A DNA stretch of 64,000 bases, taken from Squalus acanthias (taxonomy: Eukaryota). How positions within the stretch are numbered: position 1 is the first letter of the stretch; the number at the start of each line of letters is the position of its first letter. The notes under the pieces are model-generated. The model worked only from the letters and a program-made list of their open reading frames with translations, ran no database searches and was not told the origin of the DNA. The translations under genes were made by a program, and so were the position numbers. The stretch lies in NCBI GenBank assembly GCA_030390025.1, contig CM059433.1, positions 6,324,001 through 6,388,000 on the forward strand. The letters run 5' to 3'. Positions 37,323 through 50,893 of the stretch are shown in pieces.

Positions 37323-38455
37323 TCTGTCATGGTGGATCTACACATGTACACTTCTAGCAGGGGTCACTCTACAGCGATGAGAAAAAACCCAGCTAATTTT
37401 CTCCTCCCTACACAAAGCATGCCATGATCAACTGTTGTGCCCCTACCACCACCTTGGCCGAGATCAGCCAACACGGGCAGAATTATAGTCCTTTGTGTTT
37501 CGTAAGGCTCAGCTACTCACTGGCTATGCTCAGGTGAGCCTCCAGGCGGGTTCCTCCACCAAGCCAATTATTTGTTTACCACTTTTAGCTTCTTCAATCC
37601 CTCCCCCTGCATGACACACATCATTACCCTGCCAAGTGCATAACAGATCTGCATTGGAGTCTCTCCTACGCTGTAACTGGAGCTGTGATGAATTACACCA
37701 AAAAGTGAGTCAACTAGCTCTCAACTTCTGTGTCCCTCTTCACTGGAAGCACCTAGAAGCTCATCAGAGACAAGAAAATCCTCTGATGCACATGCAAGGC
37801 ATGAATTTATCTGCTACCATGATAGGTAACCAGTCTCTCTTCACTTTTTTTTTAATTAACAGGGACAGATCAGCCAGCTGATAAGGCCAATTAAATATTG
37901 GCAAGTTGAACCAAATATCAGAATACTGACTCATTTATTCCTGACATATAGCAAGATAGAACAAAAATTTCCTCATTCTTCCCTGCAAATCCCATCGGTG
38001 TGGTTACATTTCTGCACGGTTATAGATTATTTAGGATTTCCTCTCACTTTATAAATGATTCTTTAAAAAAAAATCTACGCACTTGCATTATCTGTTGACA
38101 CCTTCAGCACCATAAAACCGAGTATTTACATTGCACCATGTAGATTTTTTTTTAATAAATGACTTGTAATATGGAGAACATGTAGATAGCATCAAGTGGG
38201 AGTAAAAAAACATATTCCACACCACAATTTACAGCATTTCTTTTGCCACACTTCCTACAGAGAGAAACTCGATGCTTTCGTGGGAACAAAAGTAACCAAG
38301 ATTCAAACTTCAGCATTGGTGCCCAGAAGACTACTGTCCCATAACATTAAGCCTTGCATCTTGAAAAGCAGTTTGTGTTTTTAAATGTTACTCCAAACAT
38401 TGCATTTTATTTAGCAGTTTCCATGTCATTTATGCCAGGAAACGATTCCCTTATC

Positions 38456-38463
38456 AGAAAGAA

Positions 38464-38532
<69 letters not shown>

Positions 38533-38600
38533 AAGAGAGAAAGAAAAAGGATAGAGAGAAAGAGAGAGAGAAAGAAAAAGAAAAAGAAAGCAAAAGAAAA
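38456..38600. repeat. (GA/GAAA)n microsatellite, expanded DeuSINE tail
   Basis: Purine-rich run contiguous with the SINE 3' end. Confidence 0.95.
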
Positions 38601-39060
38601 AGACTTGCATTTCTATAGCGCCTTTCACGACCACCAGACGTCTCAAAGCTCTTTACAGTCAATGAAGTACTTTTGAAGTGGAGTCACTGTTGTAATGTGG
38701 GAAACGCAGCAGCCAATTTGCGCACAGCAAGCTCCCACAAACAGCAATGTGGTAATGACCAGATAATCTGTTTTTGTTATGTTGGTTGAAGGATAAATAT
38801 TGACCAGGACACCTGGGATAACTCCCCTGCTCTTCTTCGAAATAGTGTCCATGGGATCTTTTACGTTCACCTGAGAGCGCAGACGGGGCCTCGGTTTAAC
38901 ATCTCATCCGAAAGACGGCACCTCCGACAGTGCAGCACTCCCTCAGCACCGCACTGGAGTGTCAGCCTAGCTTTATGTGTTCAAGTCCCTGGAGTGGGAC
39001 TTGAACCCACAACCTTCTGACTCAGAGGCGAGTGCGCTACCCACTGAGCCACAGCTGACA
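38598..39060 (-). mobile_element. DeuSINE (SacSINE1-like), full length
   Basis: Reverse complement of the 15925-16402 family. Confidence 0.87.
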
Positions 39061-39080
39061 GTGTAATGTGTATGCAGCCC

Positions 39081-39356
39081 TAGGGTTACCAACTCTGGCT
39101 GGACATATTCCTGGAGGTTTCATTACATGACCTCACGCCTACATCCGCCTCAATCAAACAGCCTCCCCCCACCCCCATCCGCTCTCCTGCCCCCCCTAAC
39201 ACAACTCCAACTCATGAACAACGGTATTCAAAGATAATGATTTTTTTTTTTTTAAACACCCCTATGATCTCTCTTCCAGGTTGCACACAACGGTGCCCAG
39301 GAGATTAATCTAATTCCTGGAGACTCCAGGACAATCCTGGAGGGTTGGCAACTCTA
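39081..39356. mobile_element. MITE, hAT-Blackjack-like ends
   Basis: TIRs TAGGGTTACCAACTCT and AGGGTTGGCAACTCTA, subterminal CCTGGAG repeats, similar flanks TGCAGCC / TGTAGCC. Confidence 0.65.
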
Positions 39357-40361
39357 GTGTAGCCATTGCACCGCAAAATTAACACTCCAGGATTCCACAT
39401 TTTTCTTGGATTTGTACTTCGAGCAACACTGACTTTTTTTTAAAATTTGTGCAGCAGGCGATAAGAAAGCAGTGTAATTTTGCCATTTTTATTATGAGCG
39501 TCCCTAAAAAGGTGCAGAATACTTAATATTTCTAGATTGCTCTTTTGGGTGAATTTATTGATCATCAAGACAGGGAATGTCAGTGCTGGGGAACAAAATA
39601 CTTTTTATCCATTTCAGGCAGTGTCAGTATTACACACAGTTCCGTTATAGCATGCCTGCTTTAAATCCATGCGCCTTTTGCCCTTTCCCAACGTGCCTTA
39701 TTCAACCCGACTCCCAATTTCCCACATCCACCATTCTTATAGCTTAAGTGAATCTACCAAATTGGTGGGACATTGTGCGCTGCAGGCCCATGTTTACTAG
39801 AAACAGGGTAAAGACAACCCAAGCTCACTTCGCTCAGGACCCTTTTAAGCAGCAGGGGGAACCTTCACCCCCAACAGCTCGGAATGCAATGAAATCCAGT
39901 ACCCAGAAGGCAAAGGTCAGTCGGCCATAAACCCATTGCACCATCCAGTTTCTCTCCCCCACCTTTCTAATGTTCGCAACAAAAACCGAGTAGAAATGCT
40001 ACTAGACTAGACATGATATTAAAAAACAGTAATATACAAACCATGAATACTGCACATCTGAAGTAGAACAGAAAGTGTTAATTCTCAGCATACATATCTG
40101 AAGAGCTCAGCTTAATGTTTCTGTAACTCGTCATAATTGCTGGTCAGACTCAGAAACCCCTTTTATAGGGCTGACAAGAGCAAATTGGGACATCTGCCAG
40201 AAGAGGACAGTGAAAGGGAAGGAACAAATAGGTCAAGAGCTCAAATCTACCGCTTTTGCAATGATGGACACCGAGGGGACTGGCATCAGCTGTCCGTAGT
40301 TTAAGAAAGTCCGTGGTGTGACCATAAACTACCACCCACTTGTAGTTATCACAGAATGTAT

Positions 40362-40649
40362 ATCACAGAATCCCCACAGTGCAGATAGAGGCCATTTCGG
40401 CCCATCGAGCCTGCACCGACACATATCCCACCCTATCCCCGTAACCCCACGTATTTAATCCCCCTAACACTAAGGGTCAATTTATCATAGCCAAATCAAC
40501 CTAACCCGCACATCTTTTGGACTGTGGGAGGAAACCGGAGCACCCGGAGGAAACCCACGCAGACACGGAGAATGTGCAAACTCCACACAGACAGTCACCC
40601 GGGTCCCTGGCGCTGTGAGGCAACAGTGCTAACCACTATGCCACCGTGT
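40362..40649 (-). mobile_element. V-SINE short-tail variant lacking the B box
   Basis: Reverse complement of the 19388 copy, with a deletion between ACCCG microhomologies that removes GGTTCGAATCC. Confidence 0.88.
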
Positions 40650-41185
40650 TATCTAATGCCAATCTGATCCACCAATGCCCCGGCACCAACCCAGTTTTCC
40701 TTTTAATCTGAACGACCATTGGCGGGGACCCAGTTTGCTGTGCTCACGTGCTGTTTATTTAACACAGCTCCAAAGGGAAACGGCCACACGTTTTACAATC
40801 CCAGCTCGATCGTTGCCAACATTTGGCCGACAAACTTCCATAATGGGTTTGCACGACGGGCACCAAACTGGAAACGCGAAGGTTGCCAAAGAGCAGTGTG
40901 CCAGAGGGGGAAGGGGGCAACTTTGTGATGTAAAGTCACGGAGCAACGAGACTCCATCCTGGATCTACACTCAGGTGGGCTTCCCAAGCTCAGCTCCACT
41001 GCTGAAACTACACTCCGGGCAGAAGTCCAGTGCCCCTCTCTCCAAAAGGACGCCAGTGAAGATCAGAGGGACAGTCGCAAGCACTCCACTTCTGGCTCCG
41101 AGAGTAGTACGCACACCTATCCACCCTCTCTGCTGTAGTTTGTAAAAGCTCGTTTATTTGTTCAGAAAGTGATCAAAAGGCTGTT

Positions 41186-43740
41186 AAGAACATAAGAAAT
41201 AGGAGCAGGAGTAGGACATATGTCCCCTCGAGCCTGCTCCGCCATTCAATAAGATCATGGCTGATCATCGATCTCAACTCAACTTTCCTGCCCTATCCCC
41301 ATATCCCTCGATTCCCCTAGAGTCTAAAAATCTACCGATCTCAGCCTTGAATATACTCAAAGACTCAGCATCCACAGCCCTCTGGGGCAGAGAATTCCAA
41401 AGATTTACCACCCTCCGAGTGAAGAAATTCCTCCTCCTCCTCTCGGTCTTAAATGGCCTACCCCTTATCCTGAGACTATGTCCCCTAGTTCTAGACACTC
41501 CAGCCAGGGGAAACAACCTCTCGGCATCTACCCTGTCAATCCCCTTCAGAATCTTGTATGTTTCAATGAGATCACCTCTCATTCTTCTAAACTCCAGAGT
41601 ATAGGCCCATTCTACACAATCTCTCATCATAGGACAGCCCTCTCATCCCAGGAATCAATCTAGTGAACCTTCATTGCACCGCCTCCAAGGCAAGTATATC
41701 CTTCCTTAGATGAGACCAGAACTGTGCACAGTACTCCAGGTGTGGTCTCACCAAGGCCCTGTACAATTGTGGCAAGACTTCCTTACTCTTATACTCCAAC
41801 CCCCTTGCAATAAAGGCCAGCATGCTATTTGCCTTCCTTATTGCTTGCTGTACCTGCATGCTAGCTTTCTGTGTTTCTTGCACGAGGACACTCAAATCTC
41901 TCTGAACACAAACATTTGAAAGTTTCTCACCATTTAAAAATATTCTGTTTTTCTATTCCTACCAAAGTGAATAACCTCACATTTCCCTACATTATACTCC
42001 ATCTGCCACCTTACTGCCCACTCACTTAGTCTATCTATATCCCTTTGCAGACTCTGTGTTCTCCTCACAGCTTACTGTCCCACCTAGCTTTGCATCGTCA
42101 GCAAACCTGGATACATTACACTCGGTCCCTTCATCTAGGTCATTAATATAGATTATAGAGAGGTCCCAACACTGATCCTTGCGGCACCCCACTAGTTACA
42201 GCCTGCCAACCTGAAAAAGACCCGTTTATCCCTATTCTCTGTTTTCTGTCTATTAACCAATCCTCAATCCATGCTACTATATTACCCCCAACTCCATCAG
42301 CCCATATCTTGTGCAATAACCTTTTATGTGGGACCTTATCGAATGCCTTTTGGAAATCCAAATATACTACATCCACTGGTTCCCTTATATCTACCCTGCT
42401 AGTTAAAAAACTCTAATAAATTACATTTACGACCTTCCAATCCGCTGGGACCGTTCTACAATCTAGGGAATTTTGGAAGATCAAAACCAATGCATCCACT
42501 ATCTCTTCAGCCACCTCTTTTAGAACCCATGGATGTCGGCCGTCAGGTCCAGGGGATTTGCCGGCTTTTAGTCCCATTAGTTTCTCTAGTACTTTTTCTC
42601 TACTTATATTAATTACGTTAAGTTCCTCACCCTCATTAGACCCTTGGTTCCCCACCATTTTTGGTATGCTTTTTGTGTCTTCTACTGTGAAGACAGATAC
42701 AAAATATTTGTTTAATGTTTCTGTCATTTCCTTATTCCCCATAATAATTTCTCCTGTCTCAGCCTCTAAGGGACCAACGTTTACTTTTGCTACTCTCTTC
42801 CTTTTTACATACTTGTAGAAGCTCTTGCAATCTGCTTTTATATTTCTTGCTAGTTTTCTCTCATTCTATTTTTTCCCTTTTTATTAATTTTTTGGTCATC
42901 CTTTGCTAGTTTCTGAAACTCTCCCAATCCTCAGGCTTACTACTATTCTACACAACATTATAAGCTTCTTCTTTCAATCTACTGCTATCTTTAACTTCTT
43001 TAGTTAGCCACGGTTGGATCACTTTTCCCGTGGAGTTTTTGTTTTTCAATGGAATGTATTTTTGTTGAGAATTATGACATATTTCTTTAAATGCTAGCCA
43101 CTGGCTATCTACTGCCATGCCTTTTAATCTATTTTTCCAATCTACCTTAGCCAACTCGCCCCTCAAACCGATGTAATTGGCTTTATTTAAGTTTAAGACT
43201 CTAGTTTCGGACTTCGGCAAGTCACCCTCAAACTTAATGTGAAATTCTATCATATTATGATCACTCTGCCCCAGAGGATCTTTTACTATGAGATTGCTAA
43301 TTAACCCTGTCTCATTACACAATACAAGATCTAAAATAGCCTGTTCCCTGGTTGGTTCCATGACGTATTGTTCTAGGAAACTGTCCCGAATGCATTCAAT
43401 GAACTCGTCCTCCAGACTACCTTTGCCAATTTGATTTGTCCAGTCTATTGCATTACCTTTGTTACAAGCTCCTACTATTTCTTGATTAATATTCTGTCCA
43501 ACGGTACAGCTACTGTTAGGGGGCCTATATACTACTCCCACCAGTGTTTTCTGCCCCTTGTTATTCCTTATCTCCACCCATACTGATTCTACGTCCTGAT
43601 CTTCCGAGCTGAGATCCTTTCTCTCTACTGTCCTTATGTCATCCTTTATTATCAGGGCTACTGCCCCTCCTTTTCCATTCTGCCTGTCTTTTCGAAACGT
43701 CAAGTACCCTGGAATATTTAGTTCCCAACCTTGGCCACCT
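41186..43740 (-). mobile_element. Longest CR1 copy (APE + RT + tail), internal deletion near 42420
   Basis: APE motifs (GYLTFRKDR, GVVYRPP, ILDLVL, SDH) and SPGPDG in minus ORFs, followed by RT fragments and tail. Confidence 0.95.
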
Positions 43741-44318
43741 GTTGGGATACTGTGTTTTGTCACAAGTACTTTCTAATATAAAAGCAGCATAAGTCGTCAC
43801 ACAGATCGCTAGTCAGACTTCATTCGGAGCACTATTTTCAGTTTTGAGCTCATCACCTTAGGAAAGATGCACTATTCCATGTTTTAAGGGGTAAAATACA
43901 TTAAGTAAATAGGCTTAGTGCTTTGAAGGCTCGCCATAGTCCTTAATTTACGAGTGTCGGTTGTTTGAGTGGCTCTTGTATCTTTTATAATGTAATATAT
44001 TTGGGATGGTCATGAAGCGTCCGTATTTTAGTGCTGTCCGAGGTTTCACTGTCGATAGCTAATAAATTAATAGCTTAGCGTATTAAAAAGCTGGAAGCGT
44101 GAACAGCTGTACATTATTGAAATCCAGTTACTAATCGACACAACTATCATATATACTCTCATACAAGTTCTGAAAAATTCCAGCTAAACCTCCATTCCTC
44201 TCCTGCTCCCACCAAAAAAAAATCCACTTTAAGAGGGCTAACATCAAAGTTTCGATCCAAACTGCTCAGCTTCACACTGCTTGCCGCTCACAAATGCATT
44301 TTGTTTGTTCTTTCTCAT

Positions 44319-44497
44319 TTCAGTGCTATGATAATGGAAACTCTCTATCTTGACTTCAGTCCGAGCTCCCGCTGCCGATTTAACATTTTCTCTCCTTACA
44401 CCGATCCCGCTGGGCTGCGTCCAATGTTAAAAACAGCAGTAGGAGCCAGGACTGAAGTCAGGATAGAGAGTTTCCATTTAAATATCATAGCACTGAA
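44319..44497. repeat. Palindromic element (~70-bp imperfect arms), probable small MITE
   Basis: TTCAGTGCTATGATA..ATGGAAACTCTCTATCTTGACTTCAGTCC pairs with GGACTGAAGTCAGGATAGAGAGTTTCCAT..TATCATAGCACTGAA. Confidence 0.85.
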
Positions 44498-47302
44498 TAA
44501 GTAGAGCACAGCAACAGATGGTAAAGTACCTGAACAACGCTACTGGGCCTGCCTGTGGAGAATTTGCTCCACTCGAGGGGAATCTGTGGAGGGATGTGAC
44601 CCAAGTAAAAATGTGACCCAAGTAAAAGACAACCCCCCTCCACACAGCTGCAAATGGACATACATTTATAGTCTTTTATGCAGTCTTTTACACAGTAGCT
44701 GGTGGCAATGCAACACAACTATATTAAATGGCCTTGCAACTGTTCCTAGAAACATTGAGGATTGGATTCCCTCCCCATAATGGAAGTTTCTTAATGTGAT
44801 ATTTTTTAAGTTGGATTCTCAAGAAAAGTACAATCATATATATTTTACAAAGGTGTATCTACATTTTATGAAGCCCCCATTATGAAACCACTATACATTT
44901 TGATTATACACTACTTGTAGGAGCTATCAAAGTGTCTCGCCATGACTGTGCCGCACTGGGAACAACGCAGGTTCGGGGCTGAAGCAGTTTGTTTAGACTT
45001 GGGAGTTAGTTATGCCTTTGTGGGGGAAGCAGTGCAGATGGAAGAAAAGGAGAAGGCCCTTTATACTACCGGCCATGATTACTGAAGAGTGAGTGAGTCC
45101 TGGTTGCACTGAATGAGTCAGTGTGATCATTCTTGTCAACTCAATTTAAATAACACCAACTAACTGGAAACGTTAAGTAGTCATTTTGTGAAAAACTATT
45201 ACTACTACTTGCTATAAACACGATATTGAGGAGTCTACACCTGAATTATTCCATCTTTTCTCTTCACAGATATTGACAGACGTGCTGTGCATTTTTAGCA
45301 TTTTCTATAAAGAGCAAAGATAGACATAAAAGGCACAAAATTAAATATTTTAAGTCCTCTCATCGATTATATACCTTCAGGTCACCGCCAACCAATAGAG
45401 AACTAAAACTACACCCGAAGTTAAATGGGCATGAGCTGATCACAAACCATAAGTTTTACTTAAAAAAATGTAATTGACTACACAAAACAGCTCTATAGTA
45501 TTGAATTAGCAGGAAGTTCTAATTTCTATGGACTATGTACAGCCATAAATGATGACTAATTATTACCTTCCTCCTGCACAATATTCTTGTGTCACTCACA
45601 AATCAATCCCCAGCCAGAGGATGGATGGGTGGCCGTCTTCTAGCACCTCTTCAGCCAGAAAGTGTCCAAGAACCACTTCTGTAACTGGTCCTGCTCTTGG
45701 CTCAGTGCCCTTTGTTGATGGCATGGCCGAGAGACTGGGATCTCACTTGATGGGGATTCAAGGACACAAGCCTATATTCCATTACTATGACAAAACACAC
45801 TGACACTTCAATGTTTCACATCACTTGGTTTCACATTATACAAGACGTATTTAAGCGATATCAAAATCGTTTATGAACCATTTCCTCACATCTCCAAAAT
45901 GAAAACTATGACAATTTTGGCAGCGTTGTTACAGGCACTGTTAGGATCTATTTGCAACATCCGAATTGCCATGCCCGTATAGAACACAGACAGCTGGGTA
46001 GATTTTCAACTAGTCGCCCAGGCGTAAATGAAACTGAAAATTAAAATTGGGTAGTTTCGATAAAAGACGGGCATTAGTTTTATGCCAGGGTGGTAAGCTG
46101 AAAAGACTTGACCAATTTTGGCAAAGTATTGGTTATTAAGCACAGACCAGCAAACTAAAAACAAAAAATGTAAGGAAGGGCTAAAATATGTTTTAATTCC
46201 ATCTCCAATATAGAGCAATTTGTAAACCAGAGAATTTAGAAGTAGTGACATTTTCCTTTTGTTGCTGGGAACTCTACTCCTTCCTCACCCACCAAAGTTC
46301 TAATGCAACTGGATTTGCCATGGAAGTGCACAATTTTTAAATTACAGCCTATCCATATAGTTTTAAATTGGTTTTGAACAAATTGCTAAGAAATGTACAT
46401 TTATAACTTGCCATTTATCCTGTACGATTTCCTCTTAAAAAGTATGCGGCTGACCATTTCACTCAGGAGTTACATCACCTATTTTTAAAAAAATCTACAT
46501 GTCCTGAAGGTAAATGCCTCCTGGATTTATTTTCCTCCTTCAGGATTTGAAATTGAAAATTCTGCTTGAAAACTCAATCCCACAGGCTATCATAATCCCA
46601 GCTCCTGACAAAAAACAATTCAGGCGCGATTCCCACAGTGAATCAAAAATCTAGTTTTTCTAACTAGGCCATTAGGTTTTGCAATTTATTTTTGATATAA
46701 TTCAGGTGGGGTACCTATAGCAAGGGCAAAATAGAGCATTTTTGGCTACAGACAACTGTAGTCTACAGTCAATATGAAAAAAAAGTAGATACACATCACT
46801 TATCAGAACTGGGGGTGCTGCATGGTCCAGAAGGAGAAAAGTTTTTTTTCTCTGTTTCAGCACTTAATGCTTAAAAGACAAATTATAATTAATGCTGGGC
46901 AGAACAGTTCCAGATACCAGTGATATTGGACATGGATCTGATCTGTAATCTCCTACATGGGAGTTTTTGATCTCCACTGTCAAGAGTCATCTAGCGGCAG
47001 CCAGTTACCGCCTCACATGGGAAAACGGAGAAAAGCCATCACCAGGATACTCTGGTCAGAACAGCTTGCTGACTCCAAGAAATGCTGGCAAGTAGCGCTC
47101 AGGATAGTTTGACTATCGGGGGAACCACAAATAAAAGGAGAATTTTATATCAATTATATAAATAAAAGAAGGATTTATATCCAGATCCAAAGAAAGTTTT
47201 GAACCTTGTAATGAAGGTTTAAAACACAAAAATTAGATTTAGGCTAATAAGTGGGTTTTGGCCTCCAAAAGCAGTTATAATTATTAATCTACTAATTTTA
47301 AA

Positions 47303-48200
47303 AAATTCATCCATGGGATGTGGGCATCGCTGGCAAGGCCAGCATTTATTGCCCATTCCTAATTGCCCTCGAGAAGGTGGCAGTGAGCCGCTGCAGTCCG
47401 TGTGGTGAAGGTGCTCCCACAGTGCTGTTAGGGAGGGAGCTCCAGGATTTTGACCCAGCGACAATGAAGGATCGGCCGATATACTTCCAAGTCAGGATGG
47501 TGTGTGACTTGGAGGGGAACTTGGAGGTGGTGGTGTTCCCATGCGCCTGCTGCCCTTGTCCTTCTAGGTGGCAGAGGTCACAGGTTTGGGAGGTGCTGTC
47601 GAAGAAGCCATGGAGAGTTGCTGCAGTGCATCTTGTAGATGGTACACACTGCAGCCACGGTACGCCGGTGGTGGAGGGAGTGAATGTTTAAGGTGGTGGA
47701 TGGGGTGCCAATCAAGCGGGCTGCTTGTTCCTGGATGGTGTTGAGCTTCTTGAGTGTTGTTGGAGCTGCACTCATCCAGGCAAGTGGAGAGTATTCCATC
47801 ACACTCCCAACTTGTGCCTTGTAGATAGTGGAAACGCTTTGGGGAGTCAGGAGCAATGTTCCCTTACGCAGCCCCTTTAAGGGGATGCCCAGCCTATTCA
47901 AAATACAGCCCATGCGCGGTTTTCCCTATTTAAAAGCAGATGAGCCAGCTGCGCGAGAGCCGCCGTGTGTTGCACGGCTTAAAGGGAAGACTGGTCAGGA
48001 GGTGAGACACTCGCCGCAGAATACCCAGCCTCTGACCTGCTCTTGCAGTCACAGTATCTATGTGGCTGGTCCAGTTAAGTTTCCTGTCAATCCCCCCCAG
48101 GATATTATTGGTGGGGGATTCAGCAATGGTAATGCCGTTGAATGTCAAGGGGCGGTGGTTAGACGCTCGCTTGCTGGAGATAGTCAGTGCCTGGCACTTG
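47303..48200 (-). mobile_element. Non-LTR 3' fragment (family of 5995 and 35712), interrupted by a hAT MITE
   Basis: Same protein motifs and tail as those copies. Confidence 0.9.
47854..47993. mobile_element. 140-bp hAT-type MITE
   Basis: Perfect 8-bp TSD GTCAGGAG at 47846-47853 and 47994-48001. TIRs CAATGTTCCCT and AGGGAAGACTG. Confidence 0.88.
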
Positions 48201-49821
48201 TTAGTGCACTTTCTGGTTGAGATGTTTTACCCCTAAAATCCTGAACCCAAACATTTAGCTTCCACTTTAAAACCCAAATCTGTGTGTGTACTTTGGTGTG
48301 CAACTTAGGCAATCTTCTCATTCTTTAGAACTGAGGTCAAATTAGAGTTAGCAAACATTCAATTTTCATGTAAACAACGGAGATTAAACAAATGACATTT
48401 GGACTGTTGAAGCCAGTAGTTGCAGCATTTGGGAATTGAGGATTTAAAAAAAAAAAAAAATTGATTTAAAAAGGTCTACTGAATTAAAACGCTATAAATT
48501 AATACCTTGAAAAAAACTCTCCAACTTTGTAATACTCTCAGAATTATACGATTAGGTTGGCCGAGTTAAAGTCCGCAAGGATAGTAAATCCTATTACGTC
48601 TTAGTGATCCACTATATAACTGAAATCTAATTTTACAGGTTACCTACCACACTGCCATCATTCATAAAATAAAAGCTATTTACAGTTTTAAGAAACCTGA
48701 AGATTGGAATCACGACTTAGACAAATTTTTCACCTGAATACTGCAATACAAAATTAGCACCAGGTTTGCTACACACTTCATATATTAGGACCAAGATGGT
48801 CAAATAGTGAGCATTCCATTTAGTTGCAAAAAGGATTCTTACAGGTTACGTTACAACCACTGTGAAATACACCCATTTTCAAATAAGTGCAAACCATACA
48901 CGCTGGCTTAAAAATAAAAGGATAAATTGGTTTTGAAAAATGGCCGGGCAAGAACCTGCTTTACTATATGGTACTTAGTGGAAATTGTTGATAAAAAACA
49001 CTTGATTTATATGCAGTCTCTCTCACAGAAAGTGAAGATCCAATTATACCTGGAAAGTGTTGTATTATAGATAGAAAATTAAAGCCTTTTCTTTGTAGAA
49101 CGTTTAGATTGTTTTGATAATGCAAATATTTATTTTTTCCTTTTATTTCAATGTGGAGACAATGAGAGGCTGTACAAGGCAATTTATTTCCAAGTGAACT
49201 CAGCAGGTAACTGGAAAACAAAGTCAGGATCAGTGTGGCATATCTCAATTTATTCATTCATTTATACCACAGCAATTGAAAATATGAGTTTTAATTCAAC
49301 AGGCCAGTTTAAAGTATAATTTTGAAAAATAGTTTAAATTCTATCTTAATAGGATCTCTTGCTCTGTCTCTTCACCTCCCCCGTCCGCCGTCTCCCAATC
49401 ATGTAATTGGTCAGTCACGCAGTCCCCTTCAGCCAAGGGTGCTGCTTTTTCAACAACAAAAATTGGTACAACTCGAAGTAGGAAATGGGTTTTCAAAAGC
49501 ATGAACAAGCTTCGGCCCCAATCCCCACTTTTGCTTCACATCTCAATATCATGTTGTGTTCTACTCCTAGCAGACTAATGCAGAATAGAACATGCCCCTT
49601 TAAAATGTGGAATGGCGGCGGGGGGGAAATATTGTGCCAATCTGAACAGATGTATAGGGCAAAATTGTTTAAAAGAGGCAAGAGAGGCTGGTATGGGAAA
49701 TGGAAAAATTCACACTAGTCCAATAGAAGATGCTGTTCTTAAGTTGCTGTTTAGGTGTACTGTTTGGGCACAGTTGAGGAAGCTTTAATTTGGCCTATGG
49801 TGTAACTGACCTTGGAGTGCA

Positions 49822-50098
49822 GAATAAGGGGGCACCCTTTTAAATCGGAAATGAGGAGGAATTTCTTCTCAGAGGGTCGTGAATCTTTGGGATTCTCTTC
49901 CCCAGAGAGCTGTGGAGGCGGAGTCATTGAATATATTTAAGGTGGAGATAGACATATTTTTGAACGATAAGGGAGTCAAGGGTTATGGGGAGCGGGCAGG
50001 GAAGTGGAGTTGAGGCCAAGATCAGATCAGCCATGATCTTATTGAATGGCGGAGCAGGCTCGAGGGGCCAAATGACCTATTCCTACGTCTTATGTTAT
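49822..50098 (+). mobile_element. CR1 3' end
   Basis: Near-identical to the 3' part of 60598-61003. Confidence 0.88.
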
Positions 50099-50893
50099 GA
50101 GCGCAGAGATACCAAACGTACAGCATTCCCTCCTACCAACATTCTCATCTTAACGGGCATAAAAATTTGAAAATTATGCTGTCAAGAACTCCAGGCCATC
50201 CTGGGATTTGAAACTAGTTGGAAAGCAAGTATTTTACTGTCCATCTAGTACCACCACGCTACACCACAGGTGTTACATCATTGTTACACAATTTAAAACT
50301 AAATCATACAGCAACTAGGTGCAGTCTCCATTTATTTGACATCCAGTAGGACACACGTGTACGGTAGGTATGGGTTGGGCCCCCTCATCATACGAGTTGC
50401 TGGATCCCATAAAACCCTGCCGCCGTAGAGGTCTAACCGCCCTATAAGCTGGTATAAAAAACACCAAAGAAGAAGCATTCACGTTTATGCGGCCCGTCAA
50501 GACTGTTAATCAACCTGCAAATCCTTCCATTATTTTACAACTATTCACCAAGGAGTGTGTGAAACTGAAAATATGAAAACATTTCATTCGATTGCAGTTA
50601 AGTTTACAAATTTCTGTCAGACTTCTACATTGTTGGCTTTGAGAATTCACTGACTGAGGTGCAAGATGTAGGGCAGCATCAGATTCAACCTAAATATCTT
50701 CTTCAGTAAGCTGGTACTGTAAAGGAAATGCTCAAGTAGGCATTAATGACCTGCGAGAAGAGCTCACTACCACAATCAGGTTTGGAGCACTTAGAATAAA
50801 GCCAAATAGCCTGTTTTGAGCTCCTGGAGTACTATCACTTGCAAACTGTACACTGGTAAACCGCACTGGAAGTGGACACCCTGGAGACACTGA

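Noticed and set aside
38354..38662. ER- and LS-repeat ORFs
   Set aside because: Translations of the GA microsatellite.
44030..44050. RE1/NRSE-like half sites (also TTCAGCACC at 38103 and GGACAG near 53165)
   Set aside because: Only one half of the 21-bp REST consensus matches in each case.
44594..44627. 17-bp tandem duplication ATGTGACCCAAGTAAAA
   Set aside because: Simple slippage duplication with no further structure.
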